Assembly: GCF_006345805.1 (NCBI RefSeq)
Contig: NC_043005.1
Location: 30,814,001 to 30,878,000, forward strand
Reading direction: 5' to 3'
Origin: Octopus sinensis
Lineage: Eukaryota
DNA length: 64,000 bases
The position numbers and the translations under genes are program-made. The notes under the pieces were generated by a model. It had not been told where the DNA came from. It ran no database searches and saw nothing but the letters and a program-made list of their open reading frames with translations. Of the stretch, positions 29,501 to 39,222 are shown piece after piece. The stretch's first letter is position 1. Every line of letters starts with the position of its first letter.

Positions 29501-32500
29501 TATAACAAGCAATAGCTTGCCTGGGGTTATTCAGTTCTTTTGACATATGAGCAAGACGTGCCCATTCCTCTGGGTCATTTGGCCACAGGTGAGCGGCTAT
29601 TAGATATAACTAAAAAAACAAACAAGAAAACAATACAAACCCTTTGGTATTAAAATATAAAGTTTTTGATAATCTCAAAGCAATCAAAAAAAAAATTATA
29701 ACAAATACAAAAGTGTACCACAGCATAACTAATTAAAAAAAGAGCATTTTGAAAAATTTAATGCCATTTCTAACTCAATCAGATTTCAATAAAATTAAAA
29801 ACAAAAAAAAGAACACTGTGTTTGTATGAAACAGATGTTGGGAAACTAACCAGGTAGTCAGACACTGAAATGTTAACTACAGCTATTATTGTATACAAGT
29901 GGGCAAGACATTTTGTAGATCACCTTGTTTTTGGTGAACATGTCTTTTCTGTTAATATAGAAAAATTCAATTAAAAGCAAAATAATAATAACAGTTGTTT
30001 CTAAGTTAGGCAGTAATATGAAGAAGAGAGGGTAGTCAATACAACTGACCCTCACACTTGACTGCAAAGATGTATATATAACCTTTATTTTGCTTGCTAT
30101 GTTTTCTATATTGTCTTAGAGATTTCAGAGAAGACTGGAAAATGCATGTTCTAAAGGTGGATTTGAAGGAAACAATTGAAGCTGCCAATACATATGAAGG
30201 AGAAATTTCCAAATCATCTGAACTATAGCATGATCACAAATAAAAAAAAAAAATCTTGAATTTGCCAGTGTTTTTGAAACAAATTCCATCAGTAGCATAA
30301 ATAACAAGAACACAGACATGAAGGCAATCATATTAACAGATGTTCCCCACAAAATTACAAAAAACAAGAACCAATTGGAGAAGGAAATCAAGTACATTGA
30401 GTTCTTCACTGTGTCACAGTTTGAATGAAGAGTCAAATATACATAAAAGCAGATTGGTGTTGTTATTGAAGAACTGAGCAAAAGCTTTGAGGCTAAGTAC
30501 CACCTAAGCTATCTCCAGAAAAAAGCAGTTGTAGAGAAGTAGCATCTTATATATGAAATATATAAAAGTCAAGGGACTATTGAAACTGAAGGTGTGTACT
30601 TTATTGTCAACAATGATTTAAAAGAATACAGCAAACTTTGCAATGATCCAACAACTCTTTTGCCTTCAAAGTTCATTCTTTCTTTATCTGCTCCCTTCTT
30701 ATTTTGTAATCTATTTCTTCTTTCCTTCTTATACCTTATACCTTTCTTCGTAGCTGAAACACTTTTCACAATCACATACTATTTATTTCTTTTATGCTTT
30801 AAAATAACTTATTTATTTTTTCCCTCACTTCTTTTTATTTCCTTTCTTTATACACACTCCACTTGATGTCACTATTTATTCTGGGCAATTATTCCTCTCA
30901 TCACATTCAGCCACCCTTCTAAGAATTATGTACTGTGCATGTTGTAAGGACTTATATATTATGGTTCATGTTTAGTGATATTTGCTTTCGTCCTTTTTAA
31001 GAACTAATATTTTATAATGTTGGCACCAAATTGCATAATAATATCCACAACTCACAGGATCCATCAAAATAGCTATAAAGATTTGATCATACTGTGTACA
31101 ATTATGTAACAACTCATAATATTCATACACTTATAATTGTTTGATCATCTCTCTCCCAACTCTCATTCTGTATGTACTTATATACAGATAAGCAGACAGG
31201 CAGAAAAAACTCGAGAGGTGATTTGGTGATATAGGATTCAAAAAATGCTCCAGCTAAAGAAACAACTCGTAGCTACAGCTGAAGAACTAAAATATAAATT
31301 TACAGCACATAACAACAAATATTCAATAGAGTATTTGCCAAAGATCCCAAGTCAGTCTATCACAGTTTCAATGCGAAAGGCTCAATCTCTGTAAAAGACA
31401 CCACACATAAGATCTAGTTGAGGGCTATTGTAGATCTGTTTGGAAACAAATTTTGAATTTAACAAACAAGCTGTATGGCTAAAAAAACTGGAGCAAGACT
31501 ACTGCCAGCATGTCTAGCAAAAGTAATGTGAAAGAGAGAGCAAAATAGAGGAATCAGTTCTGCAGAAAATGTCAAACAGGAAATTCTCAGTCCCAGACCT
31601 CATGACAGGTTACTGACTGAAGAATTTCACCTTTTATTGGTTAGATTTCATATGATTGCATGGAGAAAGTATCAAGGGTACACAAAAACTACCCCAATAG
31701 TTATCAACTATCACCACACTTCATATCCCACAAAACATCTAAACCACCTTGTTCTTGTAGGCTTTTGAGCAGTAAAAATTATACACCAAGTGCCTCAATT
31801 TGTTCTTGCAGACTCATTGTGCCATCAACAACATTATTACACCTGAGCAAGTTGGAGGAAAGAAGGAAGTGTGGGATTGTATACAGTAGTTATTAATTAA
31901 CAAAATGATCCATTCATATTTTTGCTTAGAATTTTATTCTAGAATGGTGGTCTGATGAAGTATATGACTTTTATGCAGAGAAACTGCCAGTAGTCATCAA
32001 CAATGTTTTAGCCAACCAAATAAAATATACACACGCGCGTGCACACAGCTCATATACCCTCTTCCATATCTATAACGCATCTTATTACTTCAACAGTATC
32101 ACACACTAGAGAGTTACTTTAAAGTAGTTGTAGTAGTGCAACAGTGTTAGATTTGAGAGCTGGACAGTAGTTGGAAAAATACCAGAGTATGGTTAGGACT
32201 TGGTTTCAGGAAAATTAGTCTTTTATTATTAGGCATAACAAAAAGATTAGAACTTATCTATTCTCTTACTGAGAATAGATGAGATCAGTTAGAAATAATT
32301 AAAACCAATTTACTTGTAGAGATTTCTCCAAATCACCCATTTCTTCATAAAGCATGCCAAGAGTTTGGAAAGGAACAATAGCTTGTGGAGCTGAAAGAAA
32401 AGAAAAATCAGTAGTATTTTATCAGATAAGAATAGCAATATATAAGATACACGAGAGTTCAAAAACAAGAATTAAATTAGTCAATTTCAACATACTTAAA

Positions 32501-35500
32501 TGAAAAGATAGATTTAAAAGACAAGTGAAAATAAACCAGAGTTTATAAAAGGTATTATAATTGCAAATCAGATTTAATACTGACAGACTAGCTTAAGGTG
32601 ACCCGCTTTACACGCGGGTGAGAGTATGGTTGTTAGTTTCTGTTTCTTATTGCCACATTCTCCCTCTTTGTTTCTCTCTCCTTTCTCTCTCACTTTCCCA
32701 CTCTTCCTTTCTCTCTCCCTCACTTTCTCTTACTCTCTATCTTTCTCTCTCCCATTTATAAAAAACAAAAGATCTTGAGTAAGTTGAGAAAGAAAATATT
32801 TTGAAAGATGAATCATAAATATCAGGCAGTGACAATGGAAAGCACACTTGCCTTCTGTATGCGCCACTACTTGAGCGATTAAAAATAAGGAAAAAAAGGA
32901 TTTTACAGTTAAATTTAGTACTTAACTGCTGAGTACTGCAAGGCAAGGAAGAGAATTAATGTTGTGATGACTGAGAAATTGGTCCTCTGCCTGCCTATTT
33001 ATTTATTTATCTGTCTTTTTGTCTATCTATCTACCTATCTATATGAAAAACTGCCGAAAACAATGTACATGCAGCAATGAAAAGTTCATAGAAAATGCAA
33101 AGTTTTGCAGTTGTGTTGTTTTTTCTTGGAAACTATAAAAAGGAAACATTTTTTTTTTGTTTATGTGTTAATAAAATATGAGTGAGTGTACCTATCCATC
33201 CAATGTATTCTTTTTCCACTCTTGGTTACCCTGTCAGTATAAAATGCCCTGTTGTTAGATCATACATTATGTTTATGTGTGGATTGTTTGGGTGTGGCAG
33301 ACAAGGAAGGGGTTGTGTTGTAGTAGGTGAATAGGCTCGATGAAAGCCTGCTTAAGTCAATCAACACTGCTATGAATATAGTTGCTAAAATCATGTTGTT
33401 GAGTAGCTATAGCAAATATCATTTGACCAGACAGTTTAAGTGTTGAACCATACAGTAATTCTGCCTGGGAGTAACCTAGGTCTTCTTTAACAGCATTATG
33501 TAAACATAGTAACACTATCATATTGGAATGTGCTAGTAATGCTACTTTAGGCTGTCAATAAAATCCTTCTATCACTCTGTTAGACTTGATTGTAGTTTGA
33601 TTTGATTTTGATGTTGATGTACTTGACTCAATAGGTCTCCTCAAGCATGGCATGTCGCCCTACGATCCAAGGTACTTCTTTTGTGTGTGCTGGTTATGCG
33701 ATGCTGGTGTGGTTACAGCTGTGAACTCACTTTATTTTCTTTATGACATCTACAAAACTATCAAAATTTCTTTCACAATAAACAAAAAAAATAGGATTTG
33801 TTACCAAGGCGAATAACTTCAAGACACATATTAATAGCTTCTTGGTGCTCTCCACGGGCAAACTTCAGATTAGCTTCTCCCATTAAACCTTGTAAATGTT
33901 TAGGTAGTTCAGTTTTTTTGCGACGCTGCTGCAAAAGAAAAAAGTGTTCACATTTCAAGTTTAATAGTTGAACCCCAAGTTATACAAAATATAAAAAAGA
34001 AATGGAAAAAGATAAAAATGATATTTATCACTCTGAGACATGAATTTATTTCTATCTTGCCATAGACATTTCAGATTTTTTAAACAAAGCACACTACTTG
34101 TATCAGTTTTCCACATTTAGAAAAAATGAACTACTCTATTCCCATAGCTGATAATTCATATATTTGTTCGGATACTAATAGGAAGTTTTTCAAATGTAAA
34201 AACAAGATTTATTAGCTCCTATGATGCATTAGTATTAGAAAAGAAAATGGAAAAAAATTTCTTTTCCAGCCATAAAGACATTACATCAGCCAATATCATT
34301 AGATTAAATTGCTATATTTCAAAGCTATATTTGCGAAGACCTGTTGGGGCAAGTGAAATCGGAATCGAAATTGAACCAATCCTATGACTGGCACCCGGCA
34401 GATGCCAGGACCCCTGGACTGGAGATACGTAGAAAGCACTATCCGAATTGTGGCCGATGCCAGCGCCGCTTCAACTGGCTTCCGTGTCGGTGGCACGTAA
34501 AAAGCACCATCCGAATCATGGCCGAAGCCAGTGCCGCGTCGACTGGCTTCCATGCAGGTGGCATGTAAAATGCACCAATCCGACCGTGGCCGATGCCAGC
34601 CTCGCCTGGCACCAGTGCAGGTGGCACGTAAAAAGCACCCACTACACTCTCGGAGTGGTTGGCGTTAGGAAGGGCATCCAGCTGTAGAAACATTGCCAGA
34701 TAAGACCAGAGCCTGGTGCAGCCTTCTGGCTTCCCAGATCCCCGGTCGAACCGTCCAACCCATGCTAGCATGGAGAACGGACGTTAAACGATGATGATGA
34801 TGATGAGGATTTCAAAGTACTCATTAATAAAGCCTACAAACACATTCACTGTTGTTCATCTATATGTCCCACAAAATATTTTAGCCCTAAGACTTGTGAA
34901 CTGCTCAAGGAGTATATATTTTCAAATGAATTTGATTTTCAACTGATTTCACTCTTATTACATGTCTATGGTAAGCAGGTGAGCTAGTGATATATATCAG
35001 GTCATTAAGAATAAAATGGCCGATTTTCTTATGCACCAAGTTTGACAGTCATAAACTCTAATGTTTTATCCTGACAATTCTTTGTATTACAACATTGAAG
35101 AGTAACATCATCACTTTTTGAAGTGAAATTCACAGTGTCTGATTATATTGTGAGCTTTCTCTTGTAAATCAATTCTTGTGAACCTGGGATAAGTAAAAAA
35201 TTCATGTTGTTTATGAATATAAGTTCTGTTACGGAACTAATGCATTCCAGAGAGAGAGAGGGAGGGCAATGAGAGTGATGAAGGTTTAGAGAAAAGAGGG
35301 AGGCAGGGGGAAACAGAGAGGGAGGGAGATGAGGGAAAGGATGAGAGAGAGATCAGGAGAGAGAGATCAGGAGAGAGGGAGAGAAGGAGAGAGATCAGGA
35401 GAGAAGGTGAGCAGAAGAGAGGAAGATCAGAGAGAGGGAGAGCAGGCGAGGGAGAGAGGGATATCAGGAGAGAGATCAGGAGAGGGGGAGATGAGAAAAG

Positions 35501-38500
35501 AGAGAGCAGGAGAGAGGAAGAGCGAAAAAACAGGAGAGCGGTAGTGAGATCAGGAGAGGGAGAGCAGGCGAGAGAGAGATCAGGAGAGCAGAAGAAAGGG
35601 AGAGCAGGAGAGAGAGAGAGATCAGAGAGAGGGAGAGCAGGAAAGAGGGAAAGCATGAGAGAGGGAGAGCAGGAGAGAGGGAGACCATGAGAGGGAGAGC
35701 AGGAGAGAGGGAGAGCAGGAGTGAGGGAGAGCAGGAGAGAGGGAGAACAGGCGAGAGGGAGAACAGGCAAGGGAGAAAGGGAGAGCAGGAGAGAGGAAGA
35801 ACAGGAGAGAGAGGGAGATTAAGAGAGATGAAAACAGGAGAGATAGGGAGAGCAGGATAGAGATCAGCAGGAGAGGGAGAGCAAGATATGGAGAGCAGGA
35901 GAGAGGAAGAGCAGGAGAGAGGGAGAGCAAGAGAGGAAGAGCAGGAGAGAGGGAGAGCAAGAGAAAGAGGGAGAGCAGGAGAGAGGGAGAGCAGGAGAGA
36001 GGGAGAGCAGGAGAGAGGAAGAGCAGGAGAGAGGAAGAGCAGGAGAGAGGAAGAGCAGGAGAGACTGAGAGCAGGAGAGAGGGAGGGAGAGCAGGAGAGG
36101 GAGAACAGGAGAGAGGGAGAACAGGAGAGAGGGAGAGCAGGAGAGAGGAAGAACAGGAGAGAGAGAGCAGGAGAGGGAGATAGGGAAAGCAGGAGAGAGA
36201 GAGATCAGGAGAGAGGGAGAGCAGGAGAGAGGGATATCAGGAGAGAGAGAGATCAGGAGAGAGTGATTGCAGGAGAGAGGAAGAGCAGGAGGTTAAAGAA
36301 AGAGAGCAACAAACATATGGTAGCACCCATCAGCTTTACAGACCACAGAGGGTGCTTAAAGTGCAACATCTGAAATCATCATCATCGTTGTTTAACGTCC
36401 GCTTTCCATGCTAGCATGAGTTGGGACTGTAAAGTCCAATTTTGACATGTAGTCTCAGCCATAAATGTATATTGTCATAATGTTTATCGGAAAACTGACC
36501 ACAGAGCAATTTTTTCTACAAATCATAATAATCCAATGAAAGTACAGTAGAAAAAAAAAACTTACTTTTCGGATACGTTTTCCTTTCTTCTTACCTAAAG
36601 ATAAGGAAAAAAATAAACTTCAAATTATTTATCTTTATTTTTGCTGAAAGAAAATTATATTGCTACAGTTAATCATTTCAAAATAGTTTAAAGTGGAAGA
36701 CGAGTTAAATCTACTTATTCTTACGGGGTGTAGGTGTTGGGCTCCAGTCTTCATCTTTACTATCCACGATCATTCCTGCATCATCAACTTCCTCATCATC
36801 TTCATCATCTTCTTGTTCAGTAACACCAGCTTCAAGATCTTCCCCATCAGTTTCTACTTCTGTCTCCCTTGTATTTTCAACCTGGTGAAGGTTGTCCATT
36901 TCAGTACTGAATTCATTAAATGTAATTTGACCTATAGAGGAAAAAAGAAATCATAAATTTGGTAATTATACACTGCATATAGTTTGTCTTAATTAAATTT
37001 GTAAAAACCTTTTAGGCATAGTAAAAGCTGGTACTCAATACATGTTTTCCTGAAATTAATTAGATTAATCAGAAACACTATAAAATAAATTAAGCATTTT
37101 AAGCTATCAATAGAAACCTAAGAAAAATTAAATCAAATAATTCTAATATCTCAAATGCACAGTTGTATTGAGAAACCTGTAGTAAAATGGGTATTACATA
37201 TAACACTTCATGTTGATTTTCATGGAAGGCTGAACACAATGTCTGCCAGGATATGCTGGTATCTATATGGATATGAATATCAAAAACAAATGAAAAAACA
37301 GCTAGGCACAAAAGATATCAACCAATGAGATAACTTCATTGGTATAGACGTATATTACAAAACGGACTTCTCTCCCTATCTTCAATATCTTTTCAATTGA
37401 TTATTACTATTTTCCGCTTCTAGTCAAATCTGTTTGATGCACCAATCTTCTTGCTTCTTGAAACATCTTTCCTTTTAAGTAACAAAATAACATGTTTTGC
37501 TATACAAATTGACAATTTTCAGAGCCAACATTTTGAAACCAGCAATATTCATTTATCTTTTCATGGAAATAATGTATACTTAAGATTAATTGTAAAACCT
37601 GTTTAAAAAAGGGTATTAAATAGCTATTGCAAAACTGAATTTTTTGAGACACCACTAGAATGTTAAGTGAAGATTTTGTTATGAATGTGACATGTTTGGG
37701 AACCGTACATAGAACAGCAAACCAGCTGTGATTTGAGGTTGTTATAACCAACACAGGTGTTGGTGAGCACTTAAAGTATTTCTTTGTTATGAATGAAAGA
37801 GAACTTACTGAGACTGCAGAGAATGGAAACCATAACCCATTAGCATTTAAACCGGCCATATCCGGCCAAAAGTATTCTGCCTGTTTTATGTACAAACTGG
37901 CCAGATCTGGTCTCTCACACCAACCCTACAATATCATTTTAAAAATTAACAGCTTCCTCATCAAAATCTTATCGCTACAAGATAATGCATGATTAGTTCA
38001 AAACAATGTGGATAAAAAAGGATTAATTTTGGCAGAATAATGCGAACACTAAAGGGTTAAAGTAGCAAAAAAAACAGCTTCAAACCTTTTATGCTAGTCA
38101 ATTATTTTATTCTCTCTCAGCCAAGCACCAACATTGTTTCTCATTGCTGCCAGTATATAACTTATTTACTGTCAAGTCAAATACCTTAGTGGTTATATGA
38201 ACAGTAAGTAAAAACAATTTTTTGTTTTAATGATTTAATCTGGTGAAAGGAGCCTAGCCAATGGACTACATATGCATTTATAGTAATTTATGAGTGATTT
38301 AAAAAACAAAGACATCACAATCAACTATCTTGTGGTCATGTTTAATTCTATCCTTATCAGAACATGCAATTTTCCAAAGAAAATATATGAATACTGTTAT
38401 ATAAACAGAGTTGGAACACTTAGGTAAGTAAAAATTTTACCCAACACATTGTAATAAACTAAAATGTCTAATAATGTCAAATAGTACCAAATTGCTATCC

Positions 38501-39181
38501 AGAGTTTCCTTTTAATACAAAAGCAAGATGAATGACTGCTTTTAATTCTTACCATTCAGGAATTTTAGGGTAAGGTCTGTATTAAAACCAGACAATTTTA
38601 CACCCATTGTTTCAATTGAACCTTCATATCCCTTGGTATCAACTTTTCCAGGTTCTTTTGCAACTGTAGAGGACTCTGCAGTTTTAGATGATGTACTAGA
38701 TGTTGGCAGACATCCACTAATTTCCTCTTCTTCTTCATCAGAGCTAACCAGTAGGTCACCAGCCTGTGGAAAAAATGTGTTAAGCTAAATCAATCTGAAA
38801 GCAAGAGAAGCTAGAAACATACTTTTAAGAGCTTCACATAAGTCAAATATATACCACCATGACAATTATAATAAGTAAATATAAATAAAATGGTGCTTCT
38901 ATCTGGCACAAAAACTGTAAAATGGTGCTTCTAAAAACTGTAGATCCAGCTCAGGGTTAGTTCCAGGTGATGCATAGGTATAAAAAGAACACAAACTGGG
39001 TTTAAAATTATCCATCTTGTTGTTTGTTGGATAGGTCATCATCATGTTACCTAGCTTGTTTATACCTGTTTAAAATTTTACCTGAAGATGGCGGATTTAT
39101 GCTATTATATAATTTATGGATGCATCAAATAAAATTCTACCAAAACAGCTGTAGTAAATTTTAAACCCCTTTTCTGCTCTT

Positions 39182-39222
<41 letters not shown>

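Noticed and set aside
35237-36373. Arg/Glu-rich and Leu/Ser-rich ORFs
   Set aside because: By-products of the GA-rich satellite; no splice or homology support.
39081-39105. CTGAAGA-T-GGC..GC partial hammerhead
   Set aside because: The GAAA half and stem III are absent.
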